Source: Camelus dromedarius
Lineage: Eukaryota
DNA: 64,000 bases
Direction: 5' to 3'
Assembly: GCF_036321535.1 (NCBI RefSeq)
Contig: NC_087438.1
Span: 14,324,001-14,388,000, forward strand
Part shown: positions 14,967 to 26,944 of the stretch, piece after piece
Layout of the letters: each line of letters begins with the position of its first letter
Numbering within the stretch: the first letter of the stretch is position 1
Position numbers and translations under genes: made by a program
The notes under the pieces: model-generated
Told to the model about the DNA's origin: nothing
The model's input: only the letters and a program-made list of their open reading frames with translations
Database searches by the model: none

Positions 14967-15571
14967 TGAGACAGGAGGGAAGGGGGCAGGCATAACCATT
15001 AAAAGCATGACACAGCAAACAGCACCAAGATGGCAGAAGATTCAATTCTCAGTAGACCTTGAGCTTCATTATTTGCTCATTGTAATATATCAGCATGGTA
15101 AATAACACACCTACAGGAGCCATGACAGTTCTGAAGAGAACCATAAAAGGTCAAAATGTGGGTGGTGGTGGAATTCCTGGGAATCCCCGCTCCTTCCTCC
15201 AAAATATTTGGAATAATCCTCCCACTTGTCAGCATATGGAGTTATGAAGCCCATAAAAGCTAGCAACTCCCAAAGTGTTTGCTCTCTCCTGCCTTTAGAG
15301 ACAGCCCACACTCTGAATATGGAGTGTGCATCTACTTTTACTTTACACACCCACCCCCATGCCTTGTGGCCACCGTGGCCCTCTGAGATGGGCTGCACTC
15401 TGTCTAAGGAGTGTGTATCTTTCTGAATAAATCTACCTTCACTCTACTATGGCTCAATCTTGAATTATTTCCTTGGTGAAGCCAAGGAACCTCACTTGAC
15501 AGGATGCAACCGGGGGACTCAACAGAGACCTGGGATATAACCATCCTTTCGTGCACCATTTTCCTGTGTCA
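14967..15571 (+). mobile_element. ERV1 solo LTR, MER41-like
   Basis: TG...CA termini (tgagacagg...cctgtgtca), 4-bp TSD with one mismatch (atct/gtct), AATAAA near 15425, and MER41-like motifs (gccatgacagtt, cactctg...ggagtgtg, ggtgaagccaaggaacctc). Confidence 0.8.
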
Positions 15572-15969
15572 GTCTCACCTAAGACCTCCTCCTTTCTGTC
15601 GGTCACTTATAGTAACTTATTTTTTAATCTTTATTTTGCTTACCATATTTTGGCAAGTAAAGTATAATTTAATTTTAGGACTTCCTCAATGCATAGTAGT
15701 AGCACTTTTAAAATATATATCTAAGAGTCTAAATATTATGTAAAGAAAGTAGATGAATGTTTTTGTCACTGAATGAAAAGAATGACTAATGTAATATGTT
15801 CACAGAGGTTAAAGTATAAAATAAACCTGGTTGAAACATTACTCACTGTAGGAGAATCCTTAAGTAAAATCCACTAATTTATGTAAAATTAATATGCAGA
15901 AAAACCCAAATACCACTGGTGCATAAAAATCATGCTAAATTTAATTTCTTGACTACTGATATAATTTTG

Positions 15970-16160
15970 TACTTTTTATGGTTGTAAAATATATAACATA
16001 AAAATGGTTACAATGGTAAATTTTAAATGTAGAATTCAGTGACATGTTGTACAACCATCACCACTATCTGTCTTGAGAACTTTGTCTTCCTCTCAAACTA
16101 AACTCCGTACTCATTAAACAGTAATTGCACATGTACTTTTCTTTATAATCTCTAGTTACT
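15970..16160 (-). mobile_element. LINE-1 3' end fragment, L1MB-like
   Basis: tgttgtacaaccatcaccactatct...gaactttgtcttcc...aaactccgtactcattaaacagtaa matches the antisense L1MB 3' UTR. Confidence 0.75.
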
Positions 16161-16419
16161 TGAACATACAAAATAATACAAGAATATATAGTTATCTGGG
16201 ATTCATTACATGAAAAATAATGCAACATGAATTAATTGATTAGTAAGTTACAGTAATATCGGCATTACGTTAAATTATGCATGTTGATGATACTGTATCA
16301 AACTCAGATTTTTCAACACAAAATACTAAGAATTAAACACTGATGTTCAGTTGTTTTGTATCTAATTTTCTTATTCAAATTGGAATAAGCAAACAATTCA
16401 AAAAAGGAAAAAAAAATCT

Positions 16420-18530
16420 GACAGAAAGTTGTCTGGCTAATCAAAATCAAGGGACCTACAAGCAAACCAGTATAGGGCAAGATGCTTTCTTCCTCAGGGC
16501 ACTTGCCAGTTCTTAGTGTGGATCAGGAGACTAGGAATCCGAGGGTAGGATGGAGCTAAAAGAAGCCAGTGAAGTTCTGAAAAGTTTACAGGGCGGGGAG
16601 ATTCAAAAAACAAACAAAACAAAATCCCCAAAACCAAAATGCAAACAGATGACAAAAAAACTTTGTAGGGCCTAGAGTTCATGCAGAGCTGCAGAATTTC
16701 TAGGATTAAATAGGCCAACGTTTTGAAGAGGAAGGAGACTAATCCTCTAGAGGCGTTTACCAATGTCATCAGCTGTGCCGGTAGAGAACCTAGGAAATTA
16801 AGAAACCACTGGGGGTGGAGGGTGGGAAGGGACAGACGGCATTTTAAAATTGTAGAATAGATAAACAAGATTATACTGTAAAGCACAGGGAAATATACAC
16901 AAGATCCTATGGTAGGTCACAGAGAAAAATATGTGACAATGAATATATATATGTTCATGTATAACTGAAGGATTGGGCTCTACACTGGAATTTGACACAA
17001 CATTGTAAAATGATTATAAATCAATAAAAAATGGTAAAAAAAAAAAAAAAAAAAAAGAAAGAAACCACTGGGAGCAGGGTGTTCTTACCAGCAGACTCCC
17101 AGGGCCAACAAGACAAAAAAGTCAGGACTTTCTGAGTAGAAAGAGATCTGGTAAATATTTCATGCTCTTGGTCGAAACTCAGGTCTACAGCCCAGAAAAA
17201 AGCACACCGAGGTGTAATTTGAGTGTTATAAAATTTCAGCCTGGAATCAGCTCAGTACCTGATTGGATTAAAATGATGTGTCTCCAGTCTAGCTGTCCAT
17301 TAGACATGAGGGCAGTGAGTCTCCAGTAGAAAAAAGTAGTACTACTCATGACCTCTATAATTTTTCAAAATTGCCAGGACCAAGAGAATAAAGAGGCAGT
17401 AGGAACAGACCCACGTATAAATCTGGTACTGAAGTTATAAGTAATAGATTTTAATCGCCTGTGAATAATATGTTCAAAATTTTTGAAAGGGTATATTTGA
17501 CAAGATAATTATAATCTATATAACTATATGGGAATTCTAGAACTAAAAAAAGAAGTAACATAAATTAACTGAATCAATTATTTAATGGCAGATTGGAAAT
17601 GACGAGAGGACTAATAAACTGGAAATCAGATCAACTGAAAATGTACAGCTTAAAAAACAAAAGCCAAAAGGCTCAAAGTTCCCCAAACTGTTAAAAGATA
17701 TCAAGCCCTTGCTATATAGTTGAAACCCTAAGCAACATGTAAGTACTCAGAAAACCACATCTAGGCCCATTTTATATTTTATATATATATAACATTCATA
17801 AAATAGATATAATATACATATATTTCTTTCAGGGAATAATAGACTATTTAAAAAAAAACTGAAATGACAGACTAAAAACATCTTTAGTTGAAAGAAATTA
17901 ACTGCCAAACTATGCTTTTATCCTCAGCACAAGTATTTTTAATTGTGAAATAAAATACAGAAGTTTTTTCAGAACAGCAGCATTGAATAAACTATAAGGG
18001 GATGTCTTTGGCCCAAGAAAAAAAGTATATCAGAAGTAAATAGAGATATATAGACATAAATTGAGAGGGAAAAAAGCATAAATATATGTGAAAATACAGA
18101 TGGATTTTAATTGTATAAAACTATTATAACAATGTATGAGTTTAAAATAGAGAATTAAAAGGCATGTGCATATTAAGTAGAAATAAATTGTTTTAAGATA
18201 TCAGCATTTTCTTGAAATTGGCTTTCACATTAAAACAAAGAAGTCAGTTATGCATTTTGGTATTTTTAGTTTAAATACTAGAAAAAAATAGCTAAAATAC
18301 TCAAAAAAGGGGGGGATGTATTGCAAAAAAGGCAAAACTGAATGTTACATAAAACTATAAAACAAATGGGGAAAATAGTATTTAAAAAACACATAAAACC
18401 AAATAGCAGTGATCTACCTTATAGGTAAATGGCACATATCTTTTAAAGACAAAATTTATCAGAATAGATAAAAATTAAAATTAACTATGTCCTGTTTACA
18501 AAATTTACTTTAAATGTAAAATGATAAAAA
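16420..18530 (+). mobile_element. Ancient LINE-1 5'/ORF1-region remnant, interrupted by a young L1
   Basis: A-rich decayed ORF1-like sequence (ggaattctagaactaaaaa...tttaatggcagattgg...taaactggaaatcagatcaactgaaa). No intact ORF; edges approximate. Confidence 0.55.
16814..17058 (+). mobile_element. Young 5'-truncated LINE-1 3' end (camelid-type) with TSD
   Basis: G-rich ggtggagggtgggaagggacagac, then L1 3' UTR and a long poly(A). Flanked by a perfect 14-bp TSD aagaaaccactggg (16800-16813 and 17059-17072). Confidence 0.92.
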
Positions 18531-18699
18531 CTCCTGTGTAGTATAAAAGATAATGCTTTATCATTCTGGTGTATGACACACATATCCCAACTCAGTTATA
18601 TTTCAATAAATAATTTGGTCTTACAAACATTTTAAAAATTTACATACTCATTTACATTTTACTGAGGGATCCTGTTTCCTCAGCCTTACTTTTTCTAGG

Positions 18700-19600
18700 T
18701 TTATCTACCCCTTTATTGCACATAAACTGTTTCTCCTACATTTTCTTGCAACACTTGTGTTTTAAACGTAAGTCTTTAAACCTCTTGTAGGTCAAAAGTC
18801 CATTTCCCTGTTCCATTGCACAGTATATTCTTTTCTCACTGAATCAAAAAATGGCTTTTAATTTCTAGACAATTGCGTTATCCACTTTCGGATGTTCTAT
18901 TTTGTTTCACTGCTTTCCTTGTGTGTTTTTTGTCATAATAGTACTGATTAAGTTGGATTTGTAGTATGTTCCAATGACTAATAATATACTCCTGAGAGTT
19001 ACTACCCAAGTTTTTGTGGTCTTTAAAATTAAACACTAGTTCTTCAACATATATTTAAGATTATTTTAATTTTATCTAAAGACTAAAAGTACTGTTGTAA
19101 TTTTACTAAGAATGTATTTAGTTACAAATTAATTTTAAGGACTTCTATGATAGTAAGCTTTATATTTCCTGATATTGCACAATCACTTTTTACTTATTCT
19201 GACCTAGTTTTATATCTTCCCATTACAATATACAATTTCTTTATGTAGGTTCTCTGCCAACTTGTTAACTATAATTCTATTTCATTTTATTCTGCATTAA
19301 ACAGAATGAAATATATTACCTATCTATCTCTAAATAAAGTGAGAAGAGATAAAATTTTATTTTTAGTAAAGTTTACTCATTAAATATTTCTGTATTTCCA
19401 AGAAGTGTTTTATTGGATACACATGAGAAATCCACAAAAATAAATCCTTTTATCTCTTATTTTCAAATTTTTATCTTATTTTATTTTATTTATTCCAATT
19501 AGTAGAACTTCAAAGAATGTGCTACACAGTAATGAGAATTACAGGTAGCCACTTGTATAGTTTCTTATTTTAATTTTAATGATTTTAATGCCTAGGGCTG
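18700..19600 (-). mobile_element. Ancient LINE-1 ORF2 remnant (antisense)
   Basis: T-rich sequence resembling antisense L1 ORF2 (ttctattttgtttcactg..., ttgtaattttactaagaatgtatttag..., tagaacttcaaagaatgtgct). Confidence 0.5.
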
Positions 19601-20335
19601 TTTTATTGAGACAAAAATAAAGGGCATTTGTTGAATAAGAAAGAGGTTCTTATTATAGTTGGCCACAAATATCACATATGATTTTACAAAATGATCTTTT
19701 TAATTCTTAAAATGATTAGCCACAAATATTAATGTGGAACAGTATTATTTCAATGTCTTCCAAATCTAAGATTCCATCATATATTCACTCTTTCCAAATC
19801 AGACAGTATCTTAACTGTGGAATGCTACAGAAAATAACTTCAAGGATAAGGGGACAATTTATATTTTGTAGACAATACTAAGCTTCATCAAATATTTAGA
19901 GTGAAACATAAAATGCAATCAACATTTAGACACTTGGAAAGATGTTAATATTTTGCTAAATCTTTCAGTCTTTATCCAGATGTCTGGCAGCACATAAGGA
20001 ATACAAAACACTCTATGAATAAACTTAATCTCAATTACATCCAAATGCCATTTTTCCACTGATTTCCAGTTTTCTTTCTAAGAGAGGATATAATCACAGG
20101 TTGGGTGATTGTAGAGATTAACAATCCTGGCTTCTAAGAACACACCACTCTAGTTCATTCATTAGGAATTTCAATGCCTGTGCCATTTTAACAAAAACAG
20201 AATTAGGTGGCAGTGAAAGCTTTACCAGTTTTGTTCCTGTGCCGTAGTCATTTTGATATGAACCAAAGTAAAGACAGTGGTCCACTAAGGGTTTATTAAT
20301 TCCTGATAAAGAAGCAGTCTTTAAAAATTATTTTC

Positions 20336-20444
20336 TCTTTTTTTCATTATAAGTTATTACAATATATTGAATATAGTTCCCTGTGCTGTACACCAGAAAC
20401 TAACACAACACTGTAAATCAACTATCCTTCAATTAAAAAAAAAA
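20336..20444 (+). mobile_element. Miniature 5'-inverted LINE-1 3' end
   Basis: Antisense L1 3' UTR piece (about 20336-20391) joined to the sense terminal piece (20384-20444) plus poly(A). Flanking repeat ttattttc at 20328-20335 and 20447-20454. Confidence 0.85.
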
Positions 20445-22071
20445 TGTTATTTTCAGGAAAAAAATGATCACCTATTTTTATATTTTTTATCCAAGTAAAT
20501 TTTACACCTATTTACTTGTGGTTATTATTAATTTTGCTTTAACAATATTTTTCTATTACCATGGAGAAATCACTTTGTTATCTATTAGACACAATTTTTC
20601 TCAGGTTTCTGACTAATAAATTTTTCCTCTCTAATTTTTGATTATCATTTATATTTCTTGAGGAAACACTGAACTCTTTAGGTGTATTTATCAATAAAGA
20701 CTTTTTCCAATAAAAGAATCTTAATAAATACACACATAATACAAATGTGAAGAATGAAAAACACTCCTTGGCTATGCAGTTGGAATATAATTTTGAAACT
20801 CTTGTCTGCTCTTGTAACCTTTTGTTTAGTATACTAATTGCTTTCCCTAGACAGTGCTTCAAAGTTTTTACTGAAAGAGAAACATATATTGAGTTCCAAT
20901 TACAGTAAATCTCTGAAACTCTGCCACTAAAACCCTAAATTCAATTAGGACCACCTGGCTATATCTCTATTTTAACTTCCATTACTTATAGCTCTATATC
21001 TTAAGCTTAAAAAAAATTTTCCCTGTGAAAGTTTATTCTTTGTTACCATTATACATACTAATTTGGGGGGGAAAAAACACTATTTTCTCACATGTCATGT
21101 GACAAATTTCGCTTAGATGTTTATGTCAGAAAATAATTTCATAGCACCTAAAATTAGTCCTAATTTCTGTACATTCAGCCTCCATTTTTTAAATCCTTTT
21201 TCCCCAGTTGCAATTTACTCTCCAGCTTTCAAAGGTACTTAATATCCTAAAGTGCTTTATGAACTGCACCCAAACCACCACTAATATTTGTATTGTGAAA
21301 AAAATTGTGTATGTAGATCTGTCATTTACTTGTTAGTATGACTATTACATCACACTTTCATACTTTTAGACATAATTACCTACATAATTATAATTCTAGT
21401 TGAGGGGAGTAAATATATATTATAATCATATGATTATGACTATTTTCTATAAATCTGAGGATTTTTCTGCCTATTAATATGATGGGTGTCATTAAAGACT
21501 AAAATTGCAGGCTGCCACAACCACTAGGAACTGTTGACAGAATGATTCAGGAAGGACTCGGACACTCATTTTGTGTGATGTAAAAGATACTCTCATTTAG
21601 TAAACTTTGTAGTAGTTTATAAAGCTTTCAGAGCACCAACAGATTAAAAATGTTTTAAAAGGAATGAATCTACTGATACATTCGAGCATCTGCCACAGGA
21701 CAACGAAGAGGACATAAGAGACCCAAGTATTTCCACTCTTCCTGCTGGCTTTCCACCATTGCTAGGGTCCACAAAGCATCAAACTGGGAGTATTGCTAAC
21801 TGAAACCATGGAAAGACAGGTGGTAATGACTGTTGTAAGTGTGGAATTTTAATCACTGAAAACAAGACTGAGAAGCTTCTGCAGTTTGGCCACTGGTATA
21901 CAGACTCAGCTGCAGAGCCAGCTCCAGTTTACAACACAAAGGAGGATGCGTGGAAGACAGACCACGAGCCAACATGATGGGAGATGAGCTGAGTACCAAC
22001 ACAACAGCTGAACCTCTGCTTTGTGTTGCTAAAATTGTACATCACTTTCTTAAATGGAAAGAGCTAGAAGT

Positions 22072-22525
22072 TGTAAAAAAAAAAAAAAAAAAAAAACAAC
22101 AACAGAAAAACCAAATAAAGACAAACCTTAAAAATTCCTTAGGCAGACCAAAACCAAAACCAGCTTAGTCATACAAGAAAACCTTAATGTATTTCACAAG
22201 ACAAACTTGACCTGGATCATTTCTTATTTATGCTTCTGGAAATCATAAGTGAAACTTTTTGTCAAAACTAATATGAGGCAACCACTAACCAATTCCCTAT
22301 CATTTAACAAAATATTATCAACAATCACTGTGAAGAATAAACAGTCAAGGCTTTCTCACTATGTAAGCTGCTCTTAAACAATATATCACTGAGCTTTACT
22401 CCGTGTGTCAGTTTGAGTACTCCTGGGTCACAAACTGTATTTTTGTCATGTGCACAATAAACCATTATTAATTACTACTTCAGTGACTCATTGGTTTTGA
22501 TTCTGTTATTTCGGAACTTTTGACA
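22072..22525 (+). mobile_element. Probable ERV1-type solo LTR (family unassigned)
   Basis: tgt...tgaca termini, imperfect 4-bp flanks (aagt/aaat), AATAAA about 65 bp before the end, LTR-like composition. Confidence 0.55.
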
Positions 22526-22573
22526 AAATCAAATTAAAACCTGTGCTGAAATTGCATTCAGGTATTAACTGTA

Positions 22574-22593
22574 GTGTGTGTGTGTGTGTGTGT

Positions 22594-22667
<74 letters not shown>
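22574..22667. repeat. Interrupted (TG)n microsatellite
   Basis: About 94 bp of TG repeat with TC/TA interruptions. Confidence 0.97.
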
Positions 22668-22669
<2 letters not shown>

Positions 22670-23279
22670 GGGAGAGTTCATATTTGAGCTAATATGAGAA
22701 ATGTACTTGTTGCAATAACACAGAATACTTAATGTGTTGTTTCTCCTTAAAGCCCCCCGTTTCTGTGATTCCCCCAGCCTTACCTTCTTCCCCAGCTTCT
22801 AAGAATTCCCAGCAAGCTGAATGGATGCCTTCTGCAGAGATTACGGTGTCGTCACCCACTGGAGTTGACAAGAGGAAATGCAGTGTCTCCCGTGGGTTGA
22901 GTGAAGATGTGTTGAGCTGAGGACCTGAGGACCAGAAGGTCCACAAATTAGAACTTGCCTCAGACTCATGCAAAAGCAGGACTGAGGTTTGGGTCAGAAG
23001 CTGGATCCAAAGGGAGACTGCCTCTCCCATTCCTTTTGATCAATCACTTAATGGCACTTACTTGTGAGTACTATGAATAATGCGTCATGAACGTTGGTAT
23101 AAAGTATCTGAGGGCAGATTCTTATCAGTTTGCTGTGTCTGCAGGGCTTTAATACTGTCTGAAAAATAGTAAATAAGTGTGTATATATATATATATATAA
23201 ATATTATATATAATATATGTATGTATGTACTTCTCTTTCTCTACTATGTTTTATGTCCCAGAAGGCTGACATTGATGGA

Positions 23280-23622
23280 TGTCATAACAAAATACCACAG
23301 ACTGGGTGGTTTAAACAACAGAAATGTATTTCCTTAATGTTCTGGAGGCTGGAAGTCCAGGATCAAGCTGTTGGCAGGTTTGGCTCCTGCTGAGCCCTCT
23401 CTCCTGGACTGGTACATGACTGACTCCCTCCTGTGTGTGTGTCTGTGTTCTAATCTCTTCACATTAGGACACAGGTCATACTGGATTAGGGCCTGCCCAG
23501 GTGACCTCATTTTACCTTAAGCACCACTTTAAAGGCCTTGTGTCCAAATACGGACACATTCTGAAGTACTACTATGGCTTAGAACTTAAACATAGGAATT
23601 TTAGGGGGACAATTTAGCCCCA
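23280..23622 (-). mobile_element. MaLR LTR, MLT1A/B-like
   Basis: cataacaaaataccacagactgggtggtttaaacaacagaaat...tctggaggctggaagtcc...ggattagggcc...gggggacaatttagccc. Confidence 0.88.
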
Positions 23623-23929
23623 AATATCCCCCTTGTCAAAATACTGATTGGAATCTTCCCAATTATTTTCCTAAATCTTTCCCTCAAATAAGTGAGCTCA
23701 TCCCTGGCCTCCTTGACTTTAGGCTCCATCTCCCCTAGAACCACACCTGGCTCCTGCCTGCCTGGATTCTCCCAGCAGTGCCTCCCAAGGACATATCTCT
23801 GGGGGAACTCCCTTTGCTTCCTTCTGTTATTGGCTTTTATAAATCTCTGTGCTCCTGGAATTATCATCCTTATCATGCAGCACAATCTTTAGGTGATAAT
23901 CAAGTGGTTTCTTCGTTGGTGGTCTCAGA

Positions 23930-24052
23930 CTGGCAGGGTTAAAAGCTACTCACTAGATTTCAAACCTCAGGGAACTTATTCAAACTCTCTATGCCTCAGT
24001 TTCCTCATGATAAAGGGAATTGACAATTTCCTCAAATGTATTTAATGAGAAA
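23930..24052 (+). mobile_element. MIR SINE, 5' part (split by nested insertions)
   Basis: aacttattcaaactctctatgcctcagtttcctcat is the MIR core; the element continues at 25374. Confidence 0.75.
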
Positions 24053-24054
24053 TA

Positions 24055-25371
24055 CAGTTGACCTTTGAACAACATGGGCTTGAGCTGCACAGGTCTACTT
24101 TTACCTAGATGTTTTTCAGTAAATATTACAGTACTACACAATTGATGGTTGGCTTAATCCAAGAATGCAGAATCCCAGATAAGGACGGCCAACTGTAAAA
24201 CTTGAGCATCCTCAGATTCTGATATCTGTGACTGGTCCTAGAACCAATCCCCTGCTGAAGAAACCAAGCAGAACCCTGTGTCCGACCCCACCCTTCAAGT
24301 ACAAAGGACCCTCCATGTTCCCTGCCTCTTATTTGCAAAACACCTGGTGTCTCCCAGGCCTCCCTGAGTCACAAAAAAAGCATGCCCAAGCAGTCAATGA
24401 TTAGGACAACAGAGTCACAGACTCAGTCTGATGCATATTCCTCAGTTGTTTTATAGGTACTATAACTGCCACCAGAGGGAAAAAGCCAAGTGCATGATGG
24501 CCAGACTGCAGCCATGACATAAGCTGCTCCATCTTGAGCAGGACTGAGGCTATGGACAGCACAATGCCAAAAACAAGCCTCAAGAGAACGGGATTGACAT
24601 TACTGATCATAATAATCTATATCTTTATGGAGATCAAAATAATTGTAGCTTACTCTGCCCCTATTTGTAAGCGGGCAACTGAAGTTGTCAGCAAAGAAAT
24701 GCTACAGACCCATGACAACATCTTCCACTCTGAGAATATGATGCCCAATATCAGCATAAAGAAGTTACAGAAGATAAACCCTCACCCCCCAATCCCACAG
24801 AAATGGAATGATATCCGGCAAGTGAGGATTTGCAAGCAGTTATTTTGCCTCATTTCTGTTTGTCTATTTCTCTTCCCCTTAAACCTTAATTATAAAAATG
24901 AAATCACTAGGTAACATTTAACCTAACTCCTGACTCACGCTCTACTAAATGCACACAATACCTTGCTTAACTTATTAGTTCATTCCCTAGACTGAAAGAA
25001 ATAGGAATGAAGAATTAAAGAATGACTAATTCTCTACCCCCAGAACGCCTCTCAGCAATCTTGCAGGCAGACCACATGGGCGAGATAATGTCTTACGACC
25101 GCGAGGAGTCAGCCAGCCTGCATACAATGGAAAATGACACAGAGCTTGACCTCCTTCCTTGATGATTCACTGAGATTCTTCCCTCCTTTTCTCTCTAAAA
25201 AGTCCATGCTGAGCAGAATCTTTGGAGTTGATCTAGGGGCATGAGTTTGCCTTCTCCCCAGATTGCCAGCTTTCTGATTAAAGCAACTTTCTTTCGACCA
25301 ACACTTTCCTCTCAAGTATGGGCTTGAGAGGAAACCCTGAGTTTGGTTACACTGATACTGAGAGACAACTG
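24055..25371. mobile_element. Tigger-family MITE (MER2/Tigger2-like), interrupted by an LTR
   Basis: Left end cagttgacctttgaacaacatggg at 24055 and right end gatactgagagacaactg ending at 25371. TA duplicated at 24053-54 and 25372-73. The body breaks at about 24255 (gaaccaatcccc). Confidence 0.85.
24256..25351 (+). mobile_element. Long ERV1-type LTR (about 1.1 kb; may be composite)
   Basis: Starts tg(aagaaacc), ends gagtttggttaca, imperfect flanks ctgc/ctga, ATTAAA near 25277 in a U5-like end. It interrupts the MITE. Confidence 0.75.
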
Positions 25372-25373
25372 TA

Positions 25374-25450
25374 AATTACAATAAACCGTGTTGATTACTT
25401 AGAAAAGTATCTAGCACTTAGTAAGTTGTGAGCAAGTGTTAGCTGTTATG
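25374..25450 (+). mobile_element. MIR SINE, 3' part
   Basis: cttagaaaagtatctagcacttagtaag...aagtgttagctgttat is the MIR 3' tail. Confidence 0.7.
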
Positions 25451-26118
25451 ACTCATCAAATCTTCCATCTGCCTCCATAGACTATTACTTTCATGAAGGG
25501 GAAAAGGAGGTTTGCTGTGCTCAGGCCTGTAGCCCTGATGCCCTGTATAGGGCTTCTATACACTATGTATCCAATATATACTGTTGAACTGAATAATGAC
25601 CCAGGCGTAGGGCAATCTGGCTCTTTATGTTTAGAATGAGCATAGTAACTGGAACTAGTTCCAAAAACAACACAACAACAAAGAAAGAGTTTAGGAGTGC
25701 AGGTTACAGTAAACATCTCTTGACTAGAAAGAATTGCTATTGAGAAATGCCCTGGGGGAGAGACATAGTCATTATATAGAAAAGACCCCCTTTTATTCGC
25801 ATCTCAGCTCCAGCAGGCACATTGGGAAGAATAGCCAAGACTTGAGTATAAAAAAGATGTAAATTGATAAAGGCTTTACATTTAAACAGTAGACCTAAAT
25901 GTCGACACTATACAGCCAAAAACAGTAGAACACTGCCTGTGCTGAACTGGCTGCCTGGCTTGGCAAATACCTACTCAACACGTGCCTTTCATCCAGACCC
26001 TCTCAAGCCAGGTCCCACTAAGCCTGTATACCGCTTTTGAAGGCTAGGCTGGAAAGGCTTTTTGAGTTTCTTTTCTTATTTCTTAGTATGATAATTGAGG
26101 AGGCAGTTATCTTAGTGC

Positions 26119-26160
26119 TGTTTTGTTTTGTTTTGTTTTGTTTTGTTTTGTTTTGTTTTT
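26119..26160. repeat. (TTTTG)n pentanucleotide repeat
   Basis: About 8 consecutive units. Confidence 0.95.
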
Positions 26161-26380
26161 GTAAAAACAAAAAGATTGTTTTCTTAAGGACTTAATTATT
26201 CACCTCCTGCTTTTGCTCCTTTCCCACTTCAAAGGGCTTTCTGAATAATAAAGAATTTTTTTAGAATGAAAAAAGAAAGACTTTTGGGTTTTTTTTAGAC
26301 ACTTAGAAATGCAAAACTGATAAAGTCACTTGAAACTAGAGGCTTGTATTAGAAGGTGAAGAAACCTTTTGTTTTGTTTC

Positions 26381-26944
26381 TGAAGGAGAGCAGAATTTGT
26401 CACCCCAAAAATATGCTTCTTTGGCATATGGATTATCTTAGGCTGATTATTTTTGAGAAATAGCAGACACAGGGAAGCTCTCAATACCGAATAGAAGCTA
26501 CACTTTGTAGGAGATATTTACATTTATTTATGAGGGAAATCTTCCTTGGCAAGGTTTTTCCCTTCCAGAACCAGGAAAAGAAGGATGACTAAACCCTAAA
26601 AGTTCTTATCAATAAAGAAAGTAACTGTCTTAAATCCACATAAAAACTGTACCCCCCTTTACTGTGCTTTACCTGATAACCTCCTATAGCTTCCTCCATC
26701 ACCTACCCTGCCCCTATGCCTGCCCTAAGATCTTTTCTCGCCTTTAGCTGGAGGTGGTATTTAAAGTAAAGGGTTAGGCTATTTTAGCAAATTATTTTTT
26801 CTGGGTCTCTCCCATGTATACAGGAGTTACACGTGTTATTAATCTTCTGTTGGTTCTTCTTATGTTAATGTCTTTTTCTTACAGGGAGGATCTCAGACAA
26901 CAACCCAGAACAGTAGAGGGAAAATTAGTTTTTCCTCCCCTATA
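26381..26944 (+). mobile_element. ERV1 solo LTR, MER34/MER39-like
   Basis: 5' tgaaggagagcagaatttgtcaccccaaaaatatgc and 3' gtagagggaaaattagtttttcctcccctata. Confidence 0.8.
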
